From Candidatus Hodarchaeota archaeon (GTDB lineage Archaea; Asgardarchaeota; Heimdallarchaeia; Hodarchaeales; Hodarchaeaceae), in the NCBI GenBank assembly GCA_029856365.1, contig JAHQWW010000033.1:1-29601 (forward strand): a stretch of DNA of 29,601 nt, written 5' to 3'. How positions within the stretch are numbered: position 1 is the stretch's first letter; every line of letters begins with the position of its first letter. Below are positions 1 through 10,030 of the stretch, one piece after another. The notes below the pieces were generated by a model. The model was not told where the DNA came from. It ran no database searches and worked only from the letters and a program-made list of their open reading frames with translations. A program made the translations under genes and the position numbers.

Positions 1-903
1 TCGGAAGGGGGGATTTAAGACATCTTTTATGATTTCAAATTGGATTTCATGGTTGTTTCGTTCTTTTTGAGGAGTTAATCGTTGTAAGAATAAAACACAG
101 GTCTCCACATGAAATCCAAGGAATATTTGACGGTCTAAATTTGCAATTTTAAGTATTTTAACATTATCCAATAAATATTGCCTGATATTCTGATAACGGT
201 AATTGCTTAATAAATTACTAGGAATGATAAGACCAATAAAACCGCCCTCACGCGTTAATTGAATGGAACGTTCTATAAAGAGGATATAACTTTCCATCTC
301 AGGGTCGAATCCTTGATATAACTTACGGAAGAGAATTTTCTCCTCACGTGAGAAACTTATGCCATAAGGGGGATTTCCAAGAACAATATCAAAACCACTA
401 TGCCTTATTACCTCAGGCCACTCTAGGAACCAGTGAAAAAGATGTTTTTTTCTTTGGATATCCATCTCTTTGAGATTATGACTTGAAATATATGAATTGT
501 TGAGCTTATGTTTTGACCATGTCTTATTCCACCCCTCTGGTCTAGAAATAAATCCTAACAGGGCATTACCTATTTTAAGGGATACTTCAACTAATTCTAG
601 ATCTTTACTCTCCTCAATGTTTGTATTAGCCGATTCCGTTGTTTTTGGATTGATATCTAGTCCATAGCAATGAAGAGTTTCTTTCCAATTCTTTTTATCG
701 ACACGTTCTTTAAAATTCATAGCAAAATTGATTAAAAAACGTCCATCACCAACAGCTGGGTCTAAAATGTTAAATTTTTCAGCAATTCGTGTTGTTCCGC
801 GATGTTCATCCCAAAATTTAAGGAGTACATCGACCATATATTGGATAATTTGAGGTGGTGTCGCGACAGCACCAAATTTACTTACTGAATATTCAGTTGT
901 CAT
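1..903 (-). CDS. N6-adenine DNA methyltransferase, TaqI/Eco57I-like (3' end runs off the window edge; not in the ORF track)
   Basis: Manual translation from ATG at 903: MTTEYSVSKFGAVATPPQIIQYMVD...FNILDPAVGDGRFL (motifs X and I) ...LFHWFLEWPEVIRHSGFDIVLGNPPYG (motif IV NPPY). An in-frame TAA lies upstream of the ATG. Confidence 0.9.
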   Translation of the reverse strand, partial: MTTEYSVSKFGAVATPPQIIQYMVDVLLKFWDEHRGTTRIAEKFNILDPAVGDGRFLINFAMNFKERVDKKNWKETLHCYGLDINPKTTESANTNIEESKDLELVEVSLKIGNALLGFISRPEGWNKTWSKHKLNNSYISSHNLKEMDIQRKKHLFHWFLEWPEVIRHSGFDIVLGNPPYGISFSREEKILFRKLYQGFDPEMESYILFIERSIQLTREGGFIGLIIPSNLLSNYRYQNIRQYLLDNVKILKIANLDRQIFLGFHVETCVLFLQRLTPQKERNNHEIQFEIIKDVLNPPFR

Positions 904-1097
904 GATGTTTTCCTTTGAAGTTACATTATCTTTTGTGGTCCATTTCAGGATATGAAAACTATTCCAGAACAGTCTTTAAGGCCACTTAATTAGATCTATA
1001 AAGATCCTCATATATTTACGTTACTCTCAGTAAGAAATCATTAATAAATGATAATAATTGATTATGAAAAAAGAGAAAACTAAGGAAAACAATAAAT

Positions 1098-2477
1098 GTG
1101 AGGAATATGAAATTTGAAGAGTTAAGTTTTAGCGAAGCACCCAAGATAGTTGGAGAACTTCCAGGAAAAAAATCGAAGAAGCTATTACAACTGCAGAGAG
1201 ATATTGAAGGAAGTGCACTCTCTTATCCAATAGGAATTCCGATTGTTATAGAAGAAGGTAGAGGGGCCACAATAAAAGATGTTGATGGTAATGTATTTAT
1301 TGACTTTTTTGCTGGAGCAGGGGTTGTCGCGCTTGGACACTGCAACCCTTACGTTCTAGAAGCAGTAAGAAAACAACAAAATAAAATCACACACACATTG
1401 GATTTTCCGACTGAAATTCGACTGGAATTAATCGAAAAAATCAGAATGATAATGCCAGGAAAATTAAGAGACGGTGTAAAAGTCCAATTTGGAGGGCCAA
1501 CAGGATCTGATGCAGTAGAAATGGCCATTAAGCTAGCTAAATACAACACAAATCGCCATTCATTAATCGCTTTTGAAGGTGCGTATCATGGAATGACAGC
1601 TGGAGCATGTTCTTTAACCTCTGGGAAATTTTGGAAAGAAAAATATATTCCTATGCTACCGGAGGTTCACTTTGTTCCTTATGCCTACTGTTATAGATGT
1701 GCTTTATATAAATCAAGGAATAATTGTAACCTTGAATGTGTCTCAGTATATGAACGAGTCCTTGAGGATCCGCATTCTGGAGTTGTTCACCCCGCAGCGA
1801 CCATTATAGAACCTATTCAAGGAGAAGGCGGATCTATCGTTCCTCCTAATGATTATATCAGCAAAATAGCAGAAATCAGTAAGAAATATGAAGTTCCAAT
1901 TATTTTTGACGAAATACAGTCAGGTTTCTGTAGAACAGGTAAAATGTTTTCTTTCCAACATTCTGGAGCTATACCAGACATTATTACAATGTCAAAAGCC
2001 TTGGGTGGAGGCTTTCCCCTCTCTGCTATTGCTTATAAAGAAGAACATGACGGATGGAGGAAAGCAGCACACATAGGTACTTTCAGAGGAAATGTTACAG
2101 CGATGGCAGCTGGAGTAGCTTCAATAGATTTCATAATAAAAAATAAGCTTGATAATCATACTACGGAAATTGGAAATCATATTCTAAATAAGCTTGAAAA
2201 AATCAAAGAAAATTCTGAAATTATTGGCGATGTACGAGGTAAAGGTCTCATGATTGGAGTCGAAATAGTGGAAAACAAAGAAACTAAAAAGCCTTCCGGA
2301 AAGCTCGCAGCTGATTTACGAACCGAGAGTTATAAAAGAGGAGTTCTTATCGAAATAGGGGGACATTACAATAACGTAGTAAGATTCTTACCTCCTCTCA
2401 TCATAACAAAGGAATTAGCAGAAATTGGAGTAGAAATTTTTGAAGAAGTTATAAATAATGTCGAGAACGAATTATAA
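1098..2477 (+). CDS. Class III PLP-dependent aminotransferase, diaminobutyrate:2-oxoglutarate transaminase (Dat/EctB)/GabT-like
   Basis: DFFAGAGVVALGH, QFGGPTGSDAVEMAIK, YHG, EPIQGEGG, FDEIQSGFCRTG, PLP lysine in MSKALGGG, HIGTFRGN. Alternative start ATG 1107. Confidence 0.9.
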   Translation: MRNMKFEELSFSEAPKIVGELPGKKSKKLLQLQRDIEGSALSYPIGIPIVIEEGRGATIKDVDGNVFIDFFAGAGVVALGHCNPYVLEAVRKQQNKITHTLDFPTEIRLELIEKIRMIMPGKLRDGVKVQFGGPTGSDAVEMAIKLAKYNTNRHSLIAFEGAYHGMTAGACSLTSGKFWKEKYIPMLPEVHFVPYAYCYRCALYKSRNNCNLECVSVYERVLEDPHSGVVHPAATIIEPIQGEGGSIVPPNDYISKIAEISKKYEVPIIFDEIQSGFCRTGKMFSFQHSGAIPDIITMSKALGGGFPLSAIAYKEEHDGWRKAAHIGTFRGNVTAMAAGVASIDFIIKNKLDNHTTEIGNHILNKLEKIKENSEIIGDVRGKGLMIGVEIVENKETKKPSGKLAADLRTESYKRGVLIEIGGHYNNVVRFLPPLIITKELAEIGVEIFEEVINNVENEL

Positions 2478-2485
2478 ATCCATCA

Positions 2486-3685
2486 CTATTCGCCCCAATG
2501 CTTAACAAATTGTGAATAGAATTCCATCGCTTTTACAAGGTGCTCTATAGGAACTTGATCCTCTATAGTGTGAGCAAATTTATCATCCCCAGGTCCAAAC
2601 CCTATTGTAGGAATATCAAAAATCCCTTTAGTAGCTGCACCATTTGTAGAAAATCGCCAGTAATAAAGGACAGGTTCTTTATTAAATTGAGTCTTGTAAG
2701 TCTTAATAGCCATCTGAACTAATGGATGAGATTCCTCCATTGACCATGTAGGATAATACGCTTTTATGGGGTAAATAACTCCACTTTTACTTCTATATTC
2801 GTGTTCTGGGATATTTACTTTTGCTTTCGCTTTCTTAATTGAATTTAAAGATCTTATTTCGCTAATTACACTCTTTTCAGAATCTTCTAAATTTAACCTT
2901 CTATCTACATGTATTGTTGCACTATCTGCAGTGGCATTAATCGATGGAGAAGTTGAACTAATCTTTGTGACAGTTATATTTCCTCTACCAAACGTTGGAT
3001 CAAGAGGAAGTACTGAGTTCATTTTCTCAATATCTAATACAATTGGTGCAATTTTGTAAATGGCATTTTCCCCTAATTCTGGGGCCGCACCATGACTTGA
3101 GATACCTGTGGTATGCACTACAATATCAACCCGACCCCGATGACCAATAGCGATGTTTAAGTTCGAAGGTTCGGTAAGAATGATTGCATCTGGTTTTATT
3201 TCATCTTCTTTAATAATATATTGCCAGTTCAATCCTTCATAAATTTCCTCTTGAACGGAAGCAACTACAAGGAGTGTAATATTTTCAGGTACTCCAATTT
3301 CTGTTAAAATTTTCCCAGCATAAACCGCGGAAGCAAGTCCTCCTTTCTGATCACATGCCCCCCGACCATATATAACTCCATTTTCAATTTTCCCTATAAA
3401 AGGATCATATTTCCAGTTTTGTGGATTCCCAATTTCAACTGTATCTACATGTCCATCGATAGCAAGAATTTTATCTCCATTTCCAATTCGTCCAATTAGA
3501 TTTCCCATCTCATCAATTTTTATATCATTATAACGAATTTTTTCCATTTCTTTTCTTATCCTTTCAATGACTTGAGCTTCATTACCAGTTATTGAGGGAA
3601 TGGCTATTAATTCTCTAGTAAACTCTGTTATATTGTTCTTTAAGGATCCAGCTATGTTTTTTATTGTGTTAATCATGATTATCAC
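2486..3685 (-). CDS. ygeY: M20 family metallohydrolase, YgeY-like
   Basis: DGHVDTV, GRGACDQKGG, QEE, TEP, GHRGR, SSHG, the WRFSTNG motif typical of YgeY-like proteins, GFGPG and AHT. Alternative start ATG 3676. Confidence 0.85.
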   Translation of the reverse strand: MIIMINTIKNIAGSLKNNITEFTRELIAIPSITGNEAQVIERIRKEMEKIRYNDIKIDEMGNLIGRIGNGDKILAIDGHVDTVEIGNPQNWKYDPFIGKIENGVIYGRGACDQKGGLASAVYAGKILTEIGVPENITLLVVASVQEEIYEGLNWQYIIKEDEIKPDAIILTEPSNLNIAIGHRGRVDIVVHTTGISSHGAAPELGENAIYKIAPIVLDIEKMNSVLPLDPTFGRGNITVTKISSTSPSINATADSATIHVDRRLNLEDSEKSVISEIRSLNSIKKAKAKVNIPEHEYRSKSGVIYPIKAYYPTWSMEESHPLVQMAIKTYKTQFNKEPVLYYWRFSTNGAATKGIFDIPTIGFGPGDDKFAHTIEDQVPIEHLVKAMEFYSQFVKHWGE

Positions 3686-4090
3686 TTAAATAACTTGTTC
3701 TGTATTGGTCTTTAATCATTAATCATAAAAATTAACCTTCGCTTATGTAAGATCATCAATGAATTTTTCAAATTATTCTCTTAGTTTTAAAGTCATAAAT
3801 AATTTTTCCTTTTACGAAGGAGGAAGAGTATGGTGACTTAAGATCTACCTCATAAATCCAATAACTATTTATAGTTGATAAACGTTAGAATATCTAGCAT
3901 AGTTTAGCACTAAAATTTGCCGTAAGAGAAGAAGTAAAATTATACAAATAGACAATGAAGAATCGAGAATCTTCGATTGGTGATTATTAGAGACAAAACT
4001 CTTATGATTCGCCTTTAACATAGGAATTCATCTAGAATATAGATTAAAAGGTCAGTTAACTGAAATACGAATATATAGCACAATTATTAG

Positions 4091-5218
4091 GTGTCTAGTG
4101 AATCGAGGTATAATGAATTGCAAAATGATGTAATCTTTTCAGTATTTGACCGCAAAAAAGGCCCTGTGATACTATATTCTTCGATAGATTCACCAGATAA
4201 CGCAAAAAAGATAGCTGTGAGATCTTTTATTGCCATTGGTGCAATGGAAGAAAGGGAAGACCTTAGCGGAAAACATGCTGTAGTTCCTCTACCTACTCTT
4301 GATAAAATCGCTTTCTGTTATATGTTTAGAGTAGATAGAAAAGATTCCAGTGAGGATCCTGCTTGTTGGGCAACTATTGGTTATATGAATGAAAGCTCTG
4401 CGTCAATTGATTTTTACCGTACATTACCTCTTATTCAAGAGAATATCGCAAAAATTGTTGAATTAATACAAAAGAACTTCGCATATTCAGAAAAAGAACA
4501 AAAACTAGACCGTGTAATCATCGAGTCTATTGCCTCCCTCCAAACACCTATCAAAGAAGAACCAATAGCTGCAGTAACTACCCCTGTTTCCACTATGGCA
4601 CCAAAAGAAGCTGTCACCGAAGTGGTTTATGAAGATTTCAAGATTGGTGATCTAGCTTTTCTTTTTGAATATTTTCCCGAAGATCTTGATAAAGTGATGT
4701 ATTCTCTTTTACTGGAAGAACCAGTGTTAATCATTAGTGATATCAGGGATATAATGCAAAAAGTTGTTGCTTCTCTTGAATTTCTTATCCCTCATAGACT
4801 CTTAACGAAACAATATTTAACTACTTACATTGATCCTAAAGGTAGAGATCTATTACTCTGTTCATCTCATGTCAATTTCTTAAAGAAGTATAAAAATTAT
4901 ACAAATATTAATGTAGATAAACGTCGGATTACTTCAAAAATAAAAGGCGTTCCATCAATTAATAATCTAATTAATACTCTTCAAATTGCTCCGAAGGAAA
5001 CCCAGAAAGCTGTTATCAACTCATATGTTGATAAGCTTCTTGCAAAAGCAGCTGAACTTATGGAATTATGCGAGAAAGAGCAAATAACCAGCCATGAGAT
5101 TCATAATTTTCGTGATGACTTAAAAGGGGATGAATTAAACATTGTTATTGCAATGGTTCGAAGATATGCACCTCATTTTGAAGATAAATTATTTCATTTT
5201 GCTAGATCATTTGTCTAA
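4091..5218 (+). CDS. DENN-domain-like protein (uDENN/longin plus cDENN), eukaryotic signature protein type
   Basis: N-terminal VIFSVFDRKKGPVILY resembles the uDENN/Avl9 'F(D)xxxGP' start. After a Pro/Thr/Ala linker, LFEYFPEDLDKVMYSLLLEEPVLIISD...VVASLEFLIPH matches the cDENN pattern. Confidence 0.7.
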   Translation: MSSESRYNELQNDVIFSVFDRKKGPVILYSSIDSPDNAKKIAVRSFIAIGAMEEREDLSGKHAVVPLPTLDKIAFCYMFRVDRKDSSEDPACWATIGYMNESSASIDFYRTLPLIQENIAKIVELIQKNFAYSEKEQKLDRVIIESIASLQTPIKEEPIAAVTTPVSTMAPKEAVTEVVYEDFKIGDLAFLFEYFPEDLDKVMYSLLLEEPVLIISDIRDIMQKVVASLEFLIPHRLLTKQYLTTYIDPKGRDLLLCSSHVNFLKKYKNYTNINVDKRRITSKIKGVPSINNLINTLQIAPKETQKAVINSYVDKLLAKAAELMELCEKEQITSHEIHNFRDDLKGDELNIVIAMVRRYAPHFEDKLFHFARSFV

Positions 5219-5478
5219 TCTCCCTCATTCTGAACATCAACACAATTGATTACGAAATATAGTTCAAAAGTATTTCCCAACATAAACTGGCATATGTTTA
5301 TTAGAAAGTCTTCATATTAAATAATATTACAGTTGGGGTTGATTTATGATTTTTTATAAACCAAATTCCTTTGTCTAATAAAGACTATAATAAAGACACA
5401 CATCATAAAAACTAATGCTCAAGATCCATTCTATTAACTTTATTATGAATTTTGATAATAAAAAAGGTTGATGAAAGA

Positions 5479-6312
5479 ATGCCATCGTGGATTGATATTC
5501 TCATTTTTTATATTGTTTACTTTTTACCAAGTATTACGCTGACACTTCTTGCTCTAATAACTGGTATTCTTGTGTACTTTCTAGGGAAAAGAAAGAACCT
5601 CATTATCATGAATAACACCTTTAAAAAAACAAAGCAATGTAGTAAAGACTGGATAACAAATTTTAAATTAGCTGAAGAGAGTACAACAGGTAGAACATAC
5701 CTTCTTGAGGTGAAACCAAATCTATCCTTAAAGGACTTTCGTGTCCATTTTACAATGGTAAATAGACATCTCATTTTAAGCAAAATTGCTTCCATTCTAA
5801 GAAAACGTCGTGATTACATCCTTCTAGAAGCTGACCCAAGCGATAATGTTGTAAAACGATATCAGCTAGAAGTACTCCCAAGACGAGAAGAAAAAATGAT
5901 CAAAGCACTTTTAGATATGCTCGGAGAATTGGAACCATTAGAACTTGGAAGCTCTAAACTTGAAGAAATGTTCATATTTAGGGTTAATGATTCAGAATTA
6001 TTTCTTACAGCTTTTAAGAAAGGAAAACATATTATCAGAAATCTCTATTCCCTGAGAAATCAAATAATAAGACTTTCATATTATCCACTTGAAAGTCCTT
6101 CCATTCGAATAGTTGCAGTATTGAGCGAAAGTCTCAACCTTAAACCATTGATGGATCTATTATTCACCCTAACAGCTAATATCGCAGATCTTGGCAAAAA
6201 AGGATATTATTCAAAACAAAGAACCGTTGGGTTACGTATCCATGAAGATAAAACTGTTGAGAAAGATAAACGAAAATATAAAGGTCGAGGAAGAAATCTA
6301 GATTTATCCTAA
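5479..6312 (+). CDS. Membrane-anchored protein, CCDC47/DUF1682-like
   Basis: N-terminal hydrophobic segment followed by YFLGKRKN, later FTMVNRHLILSKIASILRKRRDYILLE, and a basic C-terminal tail. ATG 5479 is preferred over the ORF-track TTG 5452. Confidence 0.55.
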   Translation: MPSWIDILIFYIVYFLPSITLTLLALITGILVYFLGKRKNLIIMNNTFKKTKQCSKDWITNFKLAEESTTGRTYLLEVKPNLSLKDFRVHFTMVNRHLILSKIASILRKRRDYILLEADPSDNVVKRYQLEVLPRREEKMIKALLDMLGELEPLELGSSKLEEMFIFRVNDSELFLTAFKKGKHIIRNLYSLRNQIIRLSYYPLESPSIRIVAVLSESLNLKPLMDLLFTLTANIADLGKKGYYSKQRTVGLRIHEDKTVEKDKRKYKGRGRNLDLS

Positions 6313-6851
6313 GGTTTGTTTTCTACCAATTGAGCTTGAGTGCCACGAATTTTCTCTTCGATCTGATTTCGAATGTCGAACACATCAATAGATTTAGAAA
6401 AACGGTAGATTGGTAATTCTACGTACTCTCCTTCAAGATCATCTTCATATATACGAATACTAAAACCTTTTATGCCAGCAGCAGAAGTAGCTACTGATAA
6501 AGCTACAAGTGAGAAATCTTCCCATTTGTATTCAAATAAACGTTTTCCTACCTTTAATGAGAAATTATCTTTTCCTAGAGTTATCACCCTCTTAATATAA
6601 CGAGTATAGTACAGATAGGTAATCGTAAATGCTCCCACAATTAACACAATTACCGAGGGTATGTCTATAATAATCATTGGTTCACCAACAGATTGAGCTA
6701 TTGAGGATCGAATCAGAAAAAATCCAAACACTTCGATAGCAAGAATTGTTAAGAAAATTAAGATTATTGTGAAACCCCTTCTACTTTCCATAATAATTGG
6801 AAATGATTCTTCTTGAGTAGAGGTTGACTGTTGATCTCCTTTTTCAATCAT
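6309..6851 (-). CDS. Two-TM membrane protein with a C-terminal PH-like domain
   Basis: Two hydrophobic helices, then VITLGKDNFSLKVGKRLFEYKWEDFSLV, a bacterial-PH-like beta pattern with a 'W-x-D' signature. Stop overlaps the convergent gene's stop. Confidence 0.6.
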   Translation of the reverse strand: MIEKGDQQSTSTQEESFPIIMESRRGFTIILIFLTILAIEVFGFFLIRSSIAQSVGEPMIIIDIPSVIVLIVGAFTITYLYYTRYIKRVITLGKDNFSLKVGKRLFEYKWEDFSLVALSVATSAAGIKGFSIRIYEDDLEGEYVELPIYRFSKSIDVFDIRNQIEEKIRGTQAQLVENKP

Positions 6852-6864
6852 TAAAAACTCTTCC

Positions 6865-7440
6865 TCAAGACCAGAACTTTAGTCTAGACTTACCTTTTGG
6901 TAAATTTTTTGGGTGAAAGAGTTTCACACCATGTCTAGCAATAAAACTATCTGAGTTGAATATTTCAATATTTTTTAGATCAGCATAAAGTAATCCCAGT
7001 TCACGGGATGTATGACGATTAATATTATGTATAGTTTTGGTTGGTAACTCACCTTCACCAAAAAATAATAACCACATCCACTCAAAATCCATTGCTCCCA
7101 TGAGACTGGTAACATCACGTATCCAACCAACTAATACAGACCATTTTGCATTTTTAACATTTTTAAGGTGTATAGTAGCACATCCAACTCTATAAGTAGG
7201 GGAAGCCATGAATGAAAAGGCTCTAGATAAAACGAAACCTCTATGTCTCACTCCACCATAAATCAAGGAATCTATAGAGTTTTTTGAATGATTCTTCTTC
7301 TCTTTTTTGAACATCTGAGTAATGCTATAGTCTCTAATAGCGATATTAAAAGTTGCGATCCAGCGTCCCCCTTTGATCATTAATTCATGTTCTACGTAAC
7401 GAAGATATTCTTCTTTTTTAGTTAATTTTGTAGCAGACAC
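6865..7440 (-). CDS. Hypothetical protein, possibly an inactive restriction-endonuclease-like alpha/beta fold
   Basis: 191-aa ORF with alternating strand/helix pattern (IDSLIYG, YRVGCATI, EWMWLLFFG, LGLLYAD). Ends 13 bp before the next minus-strand gene starts. TATA-like GAAGAATTTAAA upstream. Confidence 0.6.
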   Translation of the reverse strand: MSATKLTKKEEYLRYVEHELMIKGGRWIATFNIAIRDYSITQMFKKEKKNHSKNSIDSLIYGGVRHRGFVLSRAFSFMASPTYRVGCATIHLKNVKNAKWSVLVGWIRDVTSLMGAMDFEWMWLLFFGEGELPTKTIHNINRHTSRELGLLYADLKNIEIFNSDSFIARHGVKLFHPKNLPKGKSRLKFWS

Positions 7441-7482
7441 AATCGTTCGTTTTTCTTTAGCTTTTTAAATTCTTCCATAATA

Positions 7483-7581
7483 AAAAAAAAGGTTGAGGTG
7501 GGTAGTTCTTAGTGAAAGTGAATTTTTATAATTTTGTTTTATCAATGATAAAAAAAAGGGGGGGGAATAGAGAAAAGGGTC
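7483..7581 (-). terminator. Pyrimidine/oligo-T tracts, probable terminator of the permease gene
   Basis: Minus strand directly after the stop reads as a C run followed by a long T run. A second tract (CCACCTCAACC then a T run) lies near 7483-7501. Confidence 0.5.
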
Positions 7582-9372
7582 CTATTCTGGTGGGATAGAA
7601 GCATAGATTGTTGAGAAGTCGACACCTTTTTTGGTATAGTAGCTTTTCATGTAGAAATAGATTACAATACCAATAATGACGAGTACCAAGACTGTATAGA
7701 ATCCCCAATTGAAGGTATCCATAATACCCTCTATACTACTCGTGTCGGTAGGAATGAATCCATCAACATTCGGTATAATTGGCATCGCCCCAATAAGCGG
7801 TAATGCCTCCATACCTTCCACTGGTATAAGGATGTTAAATTCTCCTAGGATGACTAGATCCAAGTAGATGTTCGCAATTAATGCGATTACACCGATGACG
7901 ACTACTGCTTCCATACCTCCTATCTTGGGACGCCAAGCAGTTCTTTCGTACACCTCTTTGAGTTTCCTGGGAAGCAATATTGCTGCTAAACAAGCCATAG
8001 TGAAGAATATACCATCTAACAGGTCTGTTGCGGTTATACCGTTTCCGAGAATCTGATCTAAGACAGGGATATTTATTGCCCCTTCTTTCGTGCCAAATAC
8101 ACCACTTTCAGCAAAAGCACCAAAAATAGCAACTATCGCACAAAAGAGAATTGCCACTGTGGGTGAGTGCCATCGCTCATCAACCTTAGCAAATGCCTCA
8201 GGAAGTGCTCTGTCAAAGGACATTGCAAAGAGAATTCGTGATGAGGTGGTGATGAATGGTGGGAGGTCATTAGCTAACCAAAGGACTGCCGCAGTTGCAA
8301 ACAGTAAAGGTACAATGCCACCAAAAGCCATATCAAGTCCATCAGCTGCAATAACAGCTATAAAAGGCATCCAACCAAAGCCAGAAATTGCAGGATCCCC
8401 AGTTGTTTCTCCATAATTCAAGAATCCGTTTGCTTGGAAGAACGTCCAACCACTAGCGTGATCGCCAACAGAAGCGCAAATACTTAGTAGTGTACTGATA
8501 GACATATAGACACCCAAGATGATGAACCCTGCTGCAAGATGAGAAATTGGTAGTGATCTGTTTGCTTCTTTAACTTCTCCAGCTGCGAATGAAATCGCTG
8601 CATAGCCGATCCATGACCAATAGGCTCCTAAAATTGCCGTATTTACTGCTGAAAAGTAATCTGGTGCCCTTGCATCCTCGATTCCTTGAGCTACTGCTTC
8701 TGTAATCCATTCATTGGGAGTATTTCCTGTGACTGCCAAAACACCATCTTCAACGGCTCCAGAGTTCAAAGCACCTAGGAGAAGAGATAGATAGATTCCT
8801 ACTGTGATAATTGCAGGAATCCAAAACATGATGTGTAGGAATTTGCCAGTCATTGATGTCCCAAAGTATGCAATAGCTGCGAAAGCGAATATAAATATAA
8901 TACCAATAACACACATCGCAAGCGGTGTGCCTATGGCACTCCAATCAATATCTGGTAGCGCAACTGGCATGAATAGAACAGTAAAATCTACGACAGCAAC
9001 AGCAATCAATCCATATGAGATAGCAATCCCTAGAAATTCAGCCCATGCTGACACAAAACCAACACCAGGACTAATTGTTCTTGAGATGTAAACATATCCA
9101 CCACCTGCTCGTGGCATAGCGGTAGCCATAACTGCGAAAACGAAGACAGTGGCAATCGCTGCTATTCCAGTTAGTAGAAATGCAACTACCAATGGATCTA
9201 TGTAGAATGGATTGTCTTCTGGGTGAAGAGGGGCCCAACCTGTGGTTTGGAAAACTCTTTTCTGCCAGCCACCACCAATAACGTTGCTGAGGATAAAGAT
9301 GGTAGCGGTTATAACCCCTATTTCTCTAACGAGTCCGGTTGCGTCACGGACATAAGTTTTTGATTCACTCAT
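7582..9372 (-). CDS. APC superfamily amino acid/polyamine permease
   Basis: YVRDATGLVRE N-terminus, MPRAGGGYVYISR, AGEVKEA, SSRILFAMSFDRALP, about 12 TM segments, C-terminal IYASIPPE. AGGTGA RBS precedes ATG 9372 (the ORF track starts at GTG 9381). Confidence 0.93.
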   Translation of the reverse strand: MSESKTYVRDATGLVREIGVITATIFILSNVIGGGWQKRVFQTTGWAPLHPEDNPFYIDPLVVAFLLTGIAAIATVFVFAVMATAMPRAGGGYVYISRTISPGVGFVSAWAEFLGIAISYGLIAVAVVDFTVLFMPVALPDIDWSAIGTPLAMCVIGIIFIFAFAAIAYFGTSMTGKFLHIMFWIPAIITVGIYLSLLLGALNSGAVEDGVLAVTGNTPNEWITEAVAQGIEDARAPDYFSAVNTAILGAYWSWIGYAAISFAAGEVKEANRSLPISHLAAGFIILGVYMSISTLLSICASVGDHASGWTFFQANGFLNYGETTGDPAISGFGWMPFIAVIAADGLDMAFGGIVPLLFATAAVLWLANDLPPFITTSSRILFAMSFDRALPEAFAKVDERWHSPTVAILFCAIVAIFGAFAESGVFGTKEGAINIPVLDQILGNGITATDLLDGIFFTMACLAAILLPRKLKEVYERTAWRPKIGGMEAVVVIGVIALIANIYLDLVILGEFNILIPVEGMEALPLIGAMPIIPNVDGFIPTDTSSIEGIMDTFNWGFYTVLVLVIIGIVIYFYMKSYYTKKGVDFSTIYASIPPE

Positions 9373-9576
9373 TTGTGTCACCTTTTAAATCTAAAAAGAT
9401 TTTTTGAGGTTTATTGAGATAGTAGTAGATTTCTCATTGATTATGTCTTTGAGAAAAAATATTTCCTTTTTTCTACTGCGAACCACAAAGTCTAATTAAG
9501 CGTAATGCTTACATTGGTTAGAACTTCTCTAGCCAATTAAACATTCAGCACAGAAATTCACGCGGTTACTTTTTGA

Positions 9577-9590
9577 TTATAAAACTTTCG
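9577..9590 (-). promoter_or_regulatory. Archaeal BRE-TATA promoter of the permease
   Basis: Minus strand CGAAAG-TTTTATAA is close to the BRE+TATA consensus and implies a TSS near 9550. Confidence 0.6.
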
Positions 9591-10016
9591 CACAAATTTG
9601 ATTTATCTGACACTATCAATTAAGAGTAAGAACTTATTCTAAATATAAAATTAAACATGATATTATTCATTCTTCAATATAAGAGTATAGACCATTATCT
9701 CTCTCTCCAGTATTAGAACTACATATATTCAGTTCTTAGATAATCAATTTATTATAAAAGGCATCTAGTGCGGATCCCTAACGAAAAAAATTTTTTGTGT
9801 AAATAAGATTACATTAACCTATACACAGATTGTATTAGGACTTTTCTTTAATAGATAAAGAAAATATGCGATTTAAGAATAATTTTTAACAGGTAATTGA
9901 TTAAATCTTCGAAGTTATAATTAATGTAAGAAAAAAGCTTTTACTTTAATTTACATTTTCATAATAAAATCAAAAGTTAAACAAAAATGCATTAGAAATT
10001 CGAGTTCCTTGTTATT

Positions 10017-10030
10017 CGAAAAATTAATAA
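10017..10030 (+). promoter_or_regulatory. Candidate BRE-TATA promoter of the metallophosphoesterase
   Basis: CGAAAAATTAATAA about 80-95 nt upstream of the CDS. Confidence 0.4.

Noticed and set aside
1098-2477. Ectoine or siderophore biosynthesis cluster around the Dat/EctB-like aminotransferase
   Set aside because: No ectA, ectC, decarboxylase or IucA/C-like genes are nearby, so the substrate cannot be assigned.
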